Notes under the pieces: model-generated
The model's database searches: none
Told to the model about the DNA's origin: nothing
What the model saw: only the letters and a program-made list of their open reading frames with translations
Source of the DNA: Lama guanicoe
Lineage: Eukaryota
Direction of reading: 5' to 3'
Length of the DNA stretch: 64,000 nt
Assembly: GCA_013239625.1 (NCBI GenBank)
Contig: MU054187.1
Span: 13,114,974-13,178,973 of the forward strand
Translations under genes and position numbers: made by a program
Shown here: positions 36,801-50,945 of the stretch, in pieces
How the letters are laid out: each line of letters starts with the position of its first letter
How positions within the stretch are numbered: position 1 is the stretch's first letter

Positions 36801-39499
36801 CTTTTACTCAGTTAAATTGCTTAGTCCTGGTAGGAATCATGTTAACTCCTTCAGTGTAGAATGCATCTTGCTGGAGAGCATTGATTGAAGGCACTAGAAT
36901 AATACTAAGAAAAGTTATGCACAAGACTCAAGACATGGTCCCTATACTCCAGGACCTTTATACTATAAAAGTATCTGTATACTTAAGTCTATTGGAATAT
37001 CCTGTGATCTTAAAGTCAATGTTTATGCCTACGGCTCCCCTAAAAATCATACGAGGTAAGCCAGGGAGAAGTCTACTCCCTACATGGGAACTTACTACAT
37101 GAACCATACATTTTTTTACTTTTCCATCCAATTTCTTGTTACATTCAGACAGGTTTTCTAAAGCATTTATAGTTGACCAACCTTAGGAAATACATTTCCC
37201 CCATCAAGACTTCTAAAAGAACATCTCCAAATTCTTGAATCACACTAGGAATTCTGAAGGTCTGCAGTGAGAGGGCCTGGGGTGAGAGAACAAGTTTAAG
37301 TTTACTTTTCTCTTTATGCACTTACAGCTTAGGAGACCAAGTGAGAGGTGCAACACTAGGATTCTTGGCCAGATTTCTACTAAAGCAGACTCGAGGATAA
37401 TTTTCAGGTGATATTTTCCCCATATCCTATGTCTCATAAATAATTACTATGGTAAACTTGATTGTATGTTTGACTAATTTTTTAAAAAACCTGTTCTGTT
37501 GATCTTTTCCTTTTCAATGAATCTTCCAAGGGTACTGAGATGCAGTCCTTCTGTGTCTTTAATCTCACTTGCTTGGATTTTCTTTGCTTTTTATCATTTT
37601 TCTCTCAGCATATATGTGCTTTCCATTGCCAACAACTGTTATAGGCGGAGCTTTCCTGAGCTTCCAGTTTCCTTTTACCCAGATCACTCTACTTATTAAC
37701 ATGTCCGCTTGTGAGCTGCCTTTACCTTTATAAAGAGTGGATATCTAACAAGGGCTTTGGGGGAACATGACTCCTCAGTGTGGGAGTCACTTATCCACCC
37801 CAACCCCAAATGCAACGGCTTGGTTGTTCTTTTTACATTTCTATAATGTCATATGACAAACAAGCATCAGATTTATTCTTCTTTCTCACACCTGGGAAAT
37901 TCAAAAACTAGCACCTCGTCCCCCAAGAATAAAATTGCTGGTGCATTTAAAAAAAAAATCCAACATAATTTTTCTTCCAGTGCAGTTTAGAACAGAACTG
38001 CACACTTCATAAGTAAACTCTAATGGCCAGAGGAAAGGAAATATTTGGGAATTTGATTCACGAACAGTGTGGAGTTGGACCTCAAGTTTATGACTCCTAG
38101 ATTCAGTTTCCCCAGATACTACTTCTACTTATCCGGCTTAAATCTCACTTGCTATTTCCTGACCATGTATTTGGCAGAGAGCTGACAATACTTTAATTGA
38201 CTTTAGATTTACAGTTATAAATTATTATTAAACTTTTTGTTTTAATCTATTCCATTTTGTGAGTTCTGTCATTATGCAAAAAATAAAACAAAACAGGTAC
38301 ACTCTGACTTCAGACAGCCCAGGATAAGAAAGCTTGGATTCATTGAAAAGATGTAACATAAAGGGTTATTCTATAAAAGCATAGATTGTGGGCTGAGGCC
38401 CATTTAGACAAAACAATCAGCTCTCTATTGGCCAACAGTATGCCTGAAGAACAGCACCAGAGGTAGCTGTAAAGATAATTTTCAAACTGCCTTGCCCTGT
38501 GTGCCAAGCCAAGCACCATCTAGGTGCCAAATTTAGTGCCAAAGGAATAATGAAAAGGAGAAAGCAAATAACCCATTGTTTGCTTGATAAGCATAAAATA
38601 TTTAGAGTGAGGAAAACTGTGTTTCCAACATTGTAATTGTCTTTATTTCTTAACATGTAACAAGAGGCACTAAAGAGATGTTCTTGGTAATGAAAACCTA
38701 CTGTGTCCTTGAATATTAGTCAGATATTCAGAGAGCTGAATTGCTGATTGAGGTTGACTTCTTTTGTTTCTGCTTTTGTTTATGTCTGGTTTTTTTCTTT
38801 GTTTTGTTTTATTCTTTGCCTCCATGTGGTTTCTCTCCTAACACCAGACATTTTGTTTGCGTGCTTATTTTTTATAGGTTGTTCTATTTTATCAAACAAA
38901 TGTTTGCTAGCTTCAGCTATCTTTCAAGGAACAACATTGAAAATTGCTTTGTGCATCATTTAAACCAGTGCTTTTACATGATATAAAATCTATGTGTTAA
39001 CTGAATCATAGCCAAACGCATTATGTCTATAGTGAATATGAAAGGAAGGAATCTAACAGATACATTTTTACCACTTTTCAAAGAATACACAGCATGCTAA
39101 CTGCTAATGGCCATTCAACTCTAAAATCTTTGTCCCAGGATTTCACTTTTAATTTGCTGTAGATCCTGAAGTAAATGGCAAGCCCAATAATTTGCCTAAA
39201 TCTAACATGATATAGGTATCTCCCTTCAAACCAAAAAATTTATACAGCAAGAGGAAAACTTAACCACTTTACAATCAGCTAAGGAAATCACTGGTGATCA
39301 GCTGGGGCAAAAATATTTGTTGGAGTGAAAAAGGAGTTGTTCTTCCATATGTAAGAAAACAAGATCCCTGTGGTCCCAGCAGTGTGACTGCTTTTAGCAA
39401 TCTTTACTCTTTGAAGTTATGTAAAATTTCTTAGCTGTCTCAAGTCACCAATTCAATAGGTTTGGGTGTCGTTCCAGCAACACAGGGAATTCTGAAGTG

Positions 39500-40110
39500 A
39501 AATCAGATGCAGTGACATCAACAGAGGCGAAATCACGCACCCAGCGTTTACCTGTACCCTGTGCTGTTGAAAGTGGACTTCCGGCGAGGCCAGGCACTAG
39601 GGGGTATGAATGTCTGTTGAAAATTAAACGTGAGCTAGAAATGCTGATCAAACCGTTTGCCTCGGAAAGAGGTGTTCACTGTTCAAGAAATACTGCGGAT
39701 GTGGCTGCGAGGATCAAACGTGGATGACCCATCTGATGTGAAAACTGAGCTAGGAAGCTTGAGAAGAGAGACCGAGAGTCTGGGGTCGCGCGCGGGTCCG
39801 TGGCGACGTGGGTACATTCGCACGAACACAGATCGTGAAACGGCTTGAGTCCGGTTCAGAGTTAAGCGAAATTCACCTCAGGTAGGAGGGTTTTCTTTGT
39901 CGATTTCGCCTTCACTCTACGGAAGCCCAGCTTCTTTCGTAAAACCCGTCTTTTTCCTCCTGCCTAGGACGCTGGCACATGTGGGTTTGATGCAGTCTCC
40001 GAAAAGCCCGGGGAGACTCCCGGTTGCTGGTAGTGTTGCAAGCGCGTCCTGTCGCTCTGCCTGGTGGCTCTGCAGTTCGACTTCGGGCCTTCCCCCCGAC
40101 CCCCCACCCC
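39500..40110. promoter_or_regulatory. Weak CpG-rich element, possible enhancer or minor promoter
   Basis: Local CpG retention (e.g. gtcgcgcgcgggtccgtggcgacg near 39785) and ETS motif ACTTCCGG at 39577-39584. Confidence 0.5.
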
Positions 40111-41689
40111 CTGGCATTATTTTTCTGACTACTTGAGAGGAAAAAAACAAAAACTACACAAGAAACTCGAGAAGAGGCTGTGGGATGTAGAACCGCACAC
40201 GTGGTCCTGCAAATTGGATAGGAGGGTGGGGGAGGTGGAGAGGAGAGAAGTGAAACTGGAAATTACGGCACAGCTTTAGAATTCGACAATCTCCCTTATG
40301 CCTTTCCAATAATACTGTTTTTGGTTCTTCACAGCTGCACTTATCCAATAAAAGTGGAAGAGGGACAGCGACGCGTCTACGCACATAAATGTACGAGCAG
40401 CTCCGCGGTGGGGAGTTTTCGGGGAAACCTCACAGAGAGATGCAGTCCACGAGGCTGTTTCCAAGTAGGAGTAGATTTTTTCCCCAAAGACCATGAACAG
40501 TTCCTTTGTCCAAATCTAAGATACAGAAATACATAATCTCCCTCAAACAGGACATTCGAATTTCTCTTATTTAGAGAGATCTGAAGCCCTCAAATATTAG
40601 AGACGCAAAATGAAAAGACATCTTTTTTTATAATATGTTTTGGTTAGCTAACCAGGTAGGCAGATGCATGAAAGAGAGTGGTTTTCTTCTGGAAGCTGTT
40701 TTGCTTCACAAGGTACCTTCTACTTGCTAACAGTATATATACGATTGTAAAAGGAATCAAAGGACAAACTTTTTCAACATAGATGCGCCATTTGATAAAA
40801 TCAAACACAAATTTCTTTGGAAAGGAAAGATTAAGTGCTACCACTGATAACTCAATCAAGATTTAAGAAAAATTATTCCCTCCATAGGAGTGTTCAGTTT
40901 TGTTTTTCTTTTCTAACATGTCTTGAATTAAACAAAACATGTTAAACAAGATTGTAATGAAAACTTTGTATGATGTAAATATTCAAGGAAAGAAATTCTA
41001 GATTGATTATATTCCGGGACCACAAAGATTTTATTACTAGATATCACTAAAGTAGTGGAACCAGAGGCCACGAAAGTAGGACTCTAAGGGGGGGTGGGAG
41101 AGGGGGAGGGGAAGACTTTAGAGAACTTCCCCCCAGTTAAAAAAAAACTGCATAAAATGTAAATGCAATAAATTGAATCGAATTTTATTTTTCCAGGATT
41201 AACATATGTATTTAGTAGGTTTGGAAGGCCAATTGCCAATTCATGAATGTATCGGAATAAAACTCAAGAGCAAATGCCAAATGTCTGTGGTCTATGTAAA
41301 CTACATAAAATCACGGGGGGGGGTTATATTTAGGTGGATCAAGGACGGATATAAAATGATGGTTAAAAATCAGTTGTTATGGTTTGTCGTGGATTTTCAT
41401 CTGCTTATTAATTTTCCTAAGTTCCAAATGTTTTCATTTACCAACACTTGTCTAATAGTTAAAGCTTCCGAACAGGCATCATTTCCTTATTTCCCTTCTC
41501 AGAAGTACGTGGGAAAAGATAATCAAAGAAAAAGTTTTAAGTGAAGCGAGTCCTTGCTGCCCGACCTCAGAACAATGGGAAGTGTTTGGCCATCTGCGCA
41601 AGGGTGCTGGGTGTTGGGGGGAGGAGGCCAAGGGACTTGAACTGTCATTCACCGTCCCACCGCCTTACGAGGCTTGGGATAACGCGCAT

Positions 41690-43160
41690 CTAAGCATCAT
41701 TCTTAGGGTGTAAGGAGGTAAAAAGGAAAGCGCTCGTTCGGGTGCGAGAAGCGGGAAGTGCGGTGTGAGGGGGGCTTTTTACCACGTCTTGGTGAGGAGG
41801 GTGGATCAGGAAGGCCCTCTGGGACTGACAGGTCCCACAAAAGTTAAGGGGGTCTGCACTGAGGCCTGCCTGTGGAGCAGGCTTCTCCGCTGCGGGTCGC
41901 TCCTGCCGGCGGTGACTCCGGCCGCCCGCGCGCCCGCCGCAGCCGCGAGCGACCAGGGCTGGGAAACCCGCTCCCTCCCCGGCGGCGCCTATTACCAGCA
42001 GCTGCTTCTGCTTAGCCTCCAAGGATCAGTTTGCCCCAACCCACGGCCTCTCCCTGGGCTCCATCTCCTCCCGCCCCTCCCTTCCTTCTCTTCCCCACCT
42101 CCCCCGCGAGCTCCGCTGCGGTCGGGCGGGTGGACGCGGCAGCGCAGTCACGCACTCAGGTTCGGAGCTCCAGGATGCGGGAGCTGGGGGAGGGAGCGGG
42201 AGGAATGAGCCAGAAGGACCACGAGGCTTTAAGCCCACCGTGGGAGGCAGAGGAAGGCGCAGCGGCGGTGATATTAGGAGGCCGCGGGCGAGAAGGGAGC
42301 CGGACTAGGCTCGCTGCAGACCTCAGCCTCTCCACCCGCCGGGGCGCGCGGAAGAAGGCGCAGCAGGCCTGGGCTGGAGATGGGGGTCGGTGCCCTGACT
42401 GCCACCTGTAGCGTTGGGGAGATCGAACGGCCGGAGAGGATGCGGGAGCGCGTCTGCCCCGGCGCGGGGCCCGGGGGTCGGGAAAAGCTTGCCCCGCCGG
42501 CGCTGGTGGGGTGCGCGCGGTGACCCCAGAGGCTCGGCTGGCGGAGGCAGCCCCCTCCCTTGTCCTCGAACTCCACTTCCAGCGTGAGCTGGAAACAGAC
42601 CCCCGCGAGGCGAGAGCAGGCCCTCACAAGGTTCGATGGAAACTGGGACTACAAAGCCAACGCTGCTGGGGGGCGCCGCGATGGGCGCGGTACCCAGGGC
42701 TGGGCTCTGCAGCGCGGGGCGGCGCAGGCCGCCGGCACCGGCACCGCGGTGGTCCCGGCTCCAGCTGGCTGGAGTCCGTTCTCCTCCGAGTGCCAGGCGA
42801 GAGTGGGACCCCGGGCCGCGGCAGGAGTCGCCTGGTAAGGACAGGCCGGGCTCCGGGCTGTAAAGGGGCCTAACGCCGGCCGGCTGGCTGCCGAGGCCTG
42901 TTCTGACACCGAGGATGGTCAGATACGGAAGAATACGCCTCTGAAAAGAGGTTTCACCTCGGTGTGCGGTCGTATTTTGGAAAACAAGCCTTTCGTGGCT
43001 GCGACGAGGTAGATCCCGCACCTCTGCACGGTTCTGTTGTGCCGGCTTAGCACGAGGAACAATATTATCCTGCCTGCCTAGAAGTGACCAAAGCAAAGGG
43101 CCTATCGGGTCCTTCTCCCCGCCCACCGCCGAGAGTAGGGGGCTCATCCGTCAGCGGAGG
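41690..43160. promoter_or_regulatory. Second CpG island, upstream or orphan type
   Basis: About 1.5 kb of GC- and CpG-rich sequence with no recognisable coding frame; plus-strand donor-like CTG|GTAAGG at 42832-42840. Confidence 0.8.
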
Positions 43161-46100
43161 GCACACCCATTCGCGCCTGTGTCATATTTGACAGCTGGAA
43201 GGGATCCTAGCGGCCTTGTAGTCGTCCAACCCTGAAGTTGTATGGATGAAGAAATGACATTCCGAGGGGTCAAGTGACCCTGCCCAAGATGGCACGGCTG
43301 TACGCCCAGCCAGCGTCTAGAATAATGCCTAGCGCGGGGCGAGCCATCAGGCAATATGTGTTCAATGAAGGAATACCCAGCGAGGAGGTCGCAGACTCGG
43401 GATTCGAGCCCAGCTCAGACTCCCAGGGCAGCCCTCTTTAACCGAAGCGTAACCACGTGCCAGGCTGTTTCCCGCCCAACCCTGCGCGCTCCAAGGCCAG
43501 GCCACAGCATCTCCAAACGCAAATGCCCCTTTGCCCACAGATTCCTGAGAACCAAACCTTTCGCCCTTTACTGATTTCTAAGAATCCGAGGTCTCCAGCC
43601 TCCACCCCCACCTCGGTTTTCATTCTGCAGTTCTGCGGACTGTCCTGTGGTCAGTGTCATTTCCTTAGCATCGAAAACTGCCGCAGCAGAAAATTACAAG
43701 GAGTAAAAGCCTCTCTCCCTAGTCTCCTTTCTCCTTAAGGACACCACCTCCCCACCCTCGTTTTTAGGCGACTTTAACCTCGGCCACGGTCCCTTTCAGG
43801 GCAGGGTTAAAGCTTCTAAAGGTCGTTTGGGGAGGCCTTAGCATCTCCCCCAACTCTAGCCCCGCCAACAACCCTCCTCCGTGAACATACAATCTAAGTG
43901 GAAAAAAGCTGCGCATCACAGCTTGAAGACCGCCGCGCCTCTACTCCCAGCCGCACTCAAATCAATTGCTGGCCTGAGCTAAAGCCTCGCAGAATTTCAT
44001 GCAGTCCGGGGAAGGAACGAGGCCAGGCGCGGGAAAGTGCGCAGGAGCCCAGACCCGTCCGCGGGATCTCGGCTGTCTGGGCTCCTGCAAAGGCTGTGAG
44101 CTGGCGGTGCTGGACGCAGTCAAAGGATCCCCAGTACTACTGACTGGAGAAACACCTTTGCTAATGCGTTTGGGAGGTTGTGAATCCTCTGGGCCAAGTG
44201 CCACCAGAAGACTAATAATAGTGCTTTTTCCAGGTAAAGACCGCCTGCCATAGAGGGCAGATTCGCCAGTTTTCCAGAGGTGGAGAGAGATTCAGGGCGC
44301 ATTTTCGAAATTTAGATCAGCAGCTTAAAAACCACTTTCTGATAGAAAAAATGTGGGTAAAATTCGACACTCGTTGTGGGGGCACCTGCAGGAAAGGCCA
44401 ATTCTCACCCCTAACACAGGACTTACTTGGCACATAAAAGTGCAACGATTATTGAATGAATAAGAGTGACCATTTGCAATAATACAGATGATAATGTTTC
44501 TTCCTTTGGTGCGTCCTTTGCAGCTACCATCTTCTCTGTTTTTAAGACTGTTGTGGGACCCAAGCAAATAATTTCAATTTCACGATTATCAGCTTATCTA
44601 ACACAAGTGAGATAGATATGGAATCTGACACTGGGGTTCCTTCACTGTTGTCACTATTTTCTGAGATTAACTCCTGATCAGGAATCCATGTTTATACTCA
44701 CAATTAAAGTATGTAAAGTAACATACAGTTATTTTTGACAATGGAAAGAAATTGGCTTCTTTGGAAGAAAAATGGCTGGGAGAGATGCTCCCAGATCCCT
44801 TTACTGATAATGAATTTGGGCAGTACATATGTAATGCCTAGGGAATTCAACAGTGTAGCAGAGAAATCAGAGCAGTAAAGCTATTTTCATGATGCTACCA
44901 TCTTTTAAAAATATCCCCAATCTATTGTACCTGTGTGTCCACACAGGAGCCCCACATCTTTTCATTTTCCAATATTAGCAAAAGTTGCAGAAAATATTAC
45001 AAATCATTCAAGAAGAAAATGAATGGCATTTTCAAAGGCTAGCTGTAGACATGTGCAAATCTCTCATTTTCCTGGGGTTAAGCCTTTGCTTTCTCTTTCT
45101 GTTGCAATTTAAATGCAAAAGAATATTTATAGGTAATCTGAAATTCTTGGTCCCCCTCTCTCAACAAAGAGATTTTGTTTTGCCTCTACCATATAAAACT
45201 GGAGGCAAGACATTTTGCAAAATGAGGTTTCTTTTTTTTTTTTTTACTTCCACCTTTTAATGCTACACACTTTGTCTTCCTAGTAAACTTCCAGCAACCA
45301 TCGCCAATATGTGAGTTGAAGCAATATAAAGACAAATCTCCCCTGAGCCAGCCATTCTGTGGAGTCTGTGGGGATACACAGCACTGTTAATTCCTCTGAG
45401 CTCCATCTGTGGGAATGATGAAACTCTGCCATTATGGAAGATTATGAGGTTAAATTAATTAGGTTCTTCCATTATACTGCAGTCTTTTGGAGATGATTGC
45501 CATTTTCCCTTTAAATGTCATTATTTCTAGATCTAGTTAGCAGCTGATGCAATTAAAGGGGAGATAATGTAAATTTAACAATACAAATAACACTTTCTTT
45601 CATGTCTGTTGAAAAAAATGCATGGAGAGGACCAGCCATATTGTACCTGTCTGCCATAAACAACTGATGTAACTTGTGCTTTAAAAGAATAAAATAAAAC
45701 CAGCCAGTGTGCACTTGGATTCTTCAGTGAATTCTTGAATCAATACTTTTGTTTCATGTTTTCATGTTCTCAGTAATGTTAATGTATCCAGTTACAAACT
45801 CTTGCCAGTAAGAAAGAAAATATGCCCTGCTGTGCACCCTTCTAAACACTTTTAAAGAATCACGTTTTCTTTTCATTTGGACTTACGATTCTGATTGTTG
45901 TATCTTTACAATCTTCAATGGATAATAACTAGACACACTTAATTCCCTACACTAATCACCTGAGTTGAAAACCAGGGTCACATTAGCAGACCCAATAACA
46001 TCTCTGATCTTGTACAAAAAGGGTACATATAGGCACTCAAATAGCATTAATTATGATTTTTATTCTGCCACTGGAGAAACAGATCAGAAAGACCGGTAGG

Positions 46101-46459
46101 CTAATGATCTATACAGCAAGTATTAGAAACAGATGTATTCCTGTTGCAATACAGAGTAAGAATGTACTATTAATAGGTGATAAACTGCACATTCCTAATA
46201 AAAATAAATGCAATATAATAATTTTTTATTCTTTTTAGCCTTTCAAGAATTATTTTATTAGCTGTATAGTTAATAAAAACTTTGGTAATTCAATAGCCAA
46301 TATTTTTAGGACCAATATTTAAATAGCTCACAGATCACAAATGAAAGTCCTTTGGTCCACAAAAAGAAAAAAATTTGTTTCCTTTGCTCGAGGTATTTTC
46401 AGCTTTTCTCTGTTTCCTACGAAATGGCTATACGTTTTAAATTGTTTGTAAAGGGCACT

Positions 46460-46900
46460 TCGAGATACGGGTTCAGCTTATTAAAGACGCAGCCCGCTTA
46501 GGTACAGGAGATCCGGGTATATGGTTGGCCTTCTAATGCATCTGTGGATTTTCCTTGATGGGTGGATGGGCGTTGCAGTCCGAGTTACCGCGCCGCGTTC
46601 TCAATTCAGAGATTTACGCGAAGATGTGACGTTACCACCACTCCCTCCTCCGCCCCAAGGTGCCTGAATTTGGGCGGGGATTACCCTGGGGCATTTACTG
46701 TGGGTTGTGCAGCCTCGGAGGGTTCGAGGTGAAGACAGCGGGCAGCCAGGGATGCTGAGGTGCACGGAGAACGCGGACGCCCGGGCACAGTAGGCTCAGG
46801 CACCCGCAGGCAGTGACAGCGCCAAAAGCTGCCTCTGATTTAAAATCTTAAACCCTTGTCCCACATGCGCGTCAAAACCTTTAGGTAGTATCCGTAGCCC
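46460..46900. promoter_or_regulatory. Small CpG-rich element
   Basis: CpG cluster in AT-rich surroundings, with GC box GGGCGGGG at 46672-46679 and TGACGT near 46627. Confidence 0.5.
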
Positions 46901-49764
46901 GGGAATCTAAAAGTGCAAGTGTATTTTGAACTGAGAACGTCTCTACTTTATGGAAATCCCCCGTTTAGGAGATGGTAATTGGATTGAGACTAGGAAAGAG
47001 AACAATTAAGTCTGAAGATTCGAGCTAACTAAAATATCTTACAAACATTACATTATCAGATCGCCCAATGGATGCACCAGCAATCTAAAAGCCATGCCTT
47101 CCACTCAGTCTTTTTTTTTTTTTTAACTTTCTCTCTAATGTCAATGTTCCCAAATCAACACTGTTCTTAACTTTCCAAACAGAGAATCTAGAATTTGGAC
47201 CCTCAAAAACTATCCTTCCAGAACTACTAGAGATAGAAATATTAACTAAGACTTAGGTAGTCAGATGGGGTGGGGCGGGGAGAGAAGGGGCAAACTCTTT
47301 AAAAATGTAAATCTCTCTCCACATTTTTAAAGAGTTTGCCTCTCCCTCCCCCCTCTCAAGGGGGAACCATAAAATTCTCTGCAGCACACACTATAAATTG
47401 CATTTTGCTGAAAGTTTTAATACTTAATTTAAAGTCAAAGGATATTTTTTTGACCATTTTAGCTCTTGCTGCTCATCTGGGAGAAAGTCCAGGGGGCAAA
47501 TTTAATGTAATCCAGTAAAATTTTCCAGTGTAGCCTTGTTTAAGACAAATATCTTGAGTGGAACAGGTACTATTAGATGCAAATCAAACTGTTTTTGTTG
47601 ACAGGAGAGGCAATTAGCATTCGTTAATATATTCAGAACTTTGAAAGTGGACTCGGTGGATATTCAGAGGAGGAAATGAAGTGGATGAATAATTAAGAGC
47701 AGGATCCCTGTTTGTAAAGATACCTTTGGACAATCTTATCTGTCAAGCAATATTCAAAATCGGCTGGGAGATGCTTTTGTATTGTGAAACAGAGTTAAAG
47801 AACTAAGCCAGCACTTCTAGAAAGACAAGAAAAAAATATGGATTCTGACACTTAAAAAGAATTAATCACTTTGAATTAGCCTAAACAGAAAAACACGAAG
47901 ACTCATTCAAGGAAAGTTCTTAATCTTTTCTTATTTGTAACCTGATAGGAAATACTTTGAATAATTACATTAACTGCTTTCTGATTCAGACATATTTTTC
48001 CTGCATTATCTAAATAATCTCCTATTATTTGAACGCATTTAAAAAAAATTCTGCAGAATGCAAAAAGAATTCACCTTGTTTTGAAAAACAGAAACAAAAG
48101 TGATCCTAGTGTAGGTAATACTTTTTTTTCCCCCACAAGAGATGTGATGAAACCAACCCTCAGAACATTTTTTAATGTTGATAGAGCAGGCTTGAAAAAA
48201 CGTGTCATATAAATCAAACCGTTCTGGGGGCAAACCCATGTTGTTTTTAAACCACAGCGTGGGTCAGTGGGTGTGGTAAGGCGCATGGTTGAATGGTGAA
48301 TGTATAGATGAAAATACATTTTGCCACACTAGTTTCCAGAGGATTGTTTTGGCCTGGTGTTCCAAACCATGAGCCAAAACTTTGGTCAGTATTTTGACAA
48401 CAGAGCCAGGAAAAACAAAAAAGGCTTAGCCTGTGAAAAAGAAATGAAGATGTAGTGAAGGAAAACAGTAGTCTCTCTGCCACTGCCTTACTCAATCCAT
48501 ATGTGGGCTTAAACACAGGAAATACCCACCATTCACCGCAATCAAGCCAGAGGCTTGTGCATCAGAAAGTGCCTTGTGGAACTAATTGGACTCTATTAAG
48601 ATTGTCATTGACATGGGAAAGCATTTTGAAATTTTAAATCAGAACATGCCATGTACATAGAAAAAGATAACAGTCACATTGTGGATTCAGGACTACAAAT
48701 ACAGGCATAATACACAGACGGCCATGAAAGATTTGTACGCTTTACTCAGTGACGTGCTGTATTAATTACCATTCGGGAGCACGTTTGTCTTCCTTCACAT
48801 TGTGTGTTTGCTTTTAATCTACAATCTTTCCAGGATGGGCAGATTTCACTGAATAGGTTCTGGCACCAGCTCACAGCAGAGAAAATCCAAGCATTGCCAA
48901 GTTAAAATGATAATCAACAAAATTCATGGTACTTGCCATAATAGCAAAGTTTAGAGAAAAACAATATATAGTTTGAAACAATGAAACATCCAGGGAAGTT
49001 TTTCACTCATGGTGTTGGGCAAAACCACCTATAAGTATTCATGTATACACACACACAAAACTAACTTGGCCAACGAATCTTTGGAAAAGAGTATACTTCA
49101 GCATTGCCCTTACAAATGCCTTTTAAAATTACCCAAATATCGCATATGTTGGAAGCTTAGCCTCCTTTTGTTCTTGGTACAGTCCATCATAGTATTACTT
49201 GGAGCGCGACCTACAGTGGTGTGTGTGTGCTTAGATCTGACAACTACCTCAATGTAGTGGCTGTCACTCACATTTGTTTTCGAGATAAGGCGAACTCGTT
49301 GCTAATATTCTTTGGGCTGAAATCTGTATCTGGTTTGCCTTTTTAAAAATATGATTTCCCCCTGTTACAAAGAACATGCTATATTTCATCTACCTAAAGT
49401 TTTTGGAAGGCATTCCGTTGCACAGTCACTTAAGTCGAGATTTCTTTCCTATGAAGGGTGACAATAACCACAGCCACAGTTTATTTCAGAAAATAATGGA
49501 TGATGATGACTTCTCACCAAAAATTTCAGCCCAAAGTTTGCTGCCATTTTTTAGTAGGAAGCTTCTTTATTTTGTTAGTTTCAAAATGTCTTCCTTGCCA
49601 TGGGTCACTTCCAGTGGAGCTTAGCATTTCTCCAATTTCAAAAACAAAATGATTGCAACTAGGGAGGGTATGTAATTTGTGTTCATGAAACTTAGATTGA
49701 CCATGAAGATATTGCCAAAGGAAAGGGAAAACTGGACAAGCAACAAGTCATTGGAAGGCTCTGA

Positions 49765-49766
49765 TG

Positions 49767-49799
<33 letters not shown>

Positions 49800-49812
49800 T
49801 TGTGTCTGTGTA
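49765..49812 (+). repeat. Interrupted (TG)n microsatellite
   Basis: Read directly from the sequence. Confidence 0.93.
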
Positions 49813-49919
49813 TTTAAATACCTTCATAATCCTAACATCATGAAAATTGAAATCTGGTCATCCAATTGCCAGGTTCTTAATGTGAATTCTGAGATCGAAT
49901 TCCAGATTTTTTTATGAAT

Positions 49920-50945
49920 TAACTCAATTAACCCTCACAACAACCCTCTGCAGTAAGTGCATTTATTATTCCCACTTTATGAGGAAACTGAGTCACAGAG
50001 AAGTAACTCGTCTGAAGTCACACAGCTAGAAATCAGAACTAAGTAATTTCTTGGCAAATAATAAAACATTTGTTTCACCGGATTCCTGTACTAAGCTATA
50101 AGGTGTGCAGAAAAAATTAAAAATAACTTTTCAGGTGATTTAAGTGTGTCTACAAAGCCTCCCACCTCCATTTAAAAATTTCCTGGCATTGGAAGTAGAA
50201 TATGAAAATATCAGATGAAAAATAGGCAAATAAAGATAAAAAAATAGCTACTGTGGAAATACATTATTATATTGGTTTGCAGTTGTGTCATGTCCCCCCA
50301 CAATCACACTGTCTTATATGTACACATCATGTGTGCACACCTCATGCCAGGTGACAGTCATAAAAGGCTCTCACTGAGACAGCGAGAAGGAGGCCACCAG
50401 TGACTGCATGAGCAGAAACACTTCTGTTTTTAGCCACATGGACAAATTCTCTCCAGTGGGAGGATAAAGTACTAGCCTCTACAGAGGGAGAATGGTACAT
50501 TTATTTTTAAAGTAAAACAGTTTGGAGAGGGGTGACTATCAGATTAAGGAGGTAGCCTAGTATAGGAGGAAGAGCTTTGCTTTGAAGTCAAGCAAGGCTG
50601 TGATCTTGCCCAGGGCGAGGGCCTCCGTTTCTCCATCTTGCAAAATGGAGGTAGTGTATGCAGTCTCACTGGGTTTTGAACATTATGGGTGACAATGTCC
50701 CTTAACTGATTTAGCAGCCTAGTTTAAGGCAGATGTTCTGGAAGCAGGCAGCCTGGTCTGAATCCTGACTCTGTGAGACCAAGGCAAATAAATTAATCTT
50801 TCAGCTTGCATTTCTTCTTCTGCAAAGCACTTGTGAAGACAACCACCTTACCACATTGTACTGAGAATTCAATTAGATAGTGTAGATTAAGCACTTCATT
50901 GAATTCTTGGCACAGAGTAGGTGCTCAGTGAGTGCCAGTGTAATT
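49920..50945. mobile_element. MIR fragments (about 49920-50040 on minus; 50550-50945 on plus)
   Basis: Motifs tgaggaaactgagtcacagagaagtaac and tggcacagagtaggtgctcag. Confidence 0.7.

Noticed and set aside
41690..43147. ORFs up to 274 aa in the second CpG island
   Set aside because: Same GC-content artefact; no recognisable protein or exon structure.
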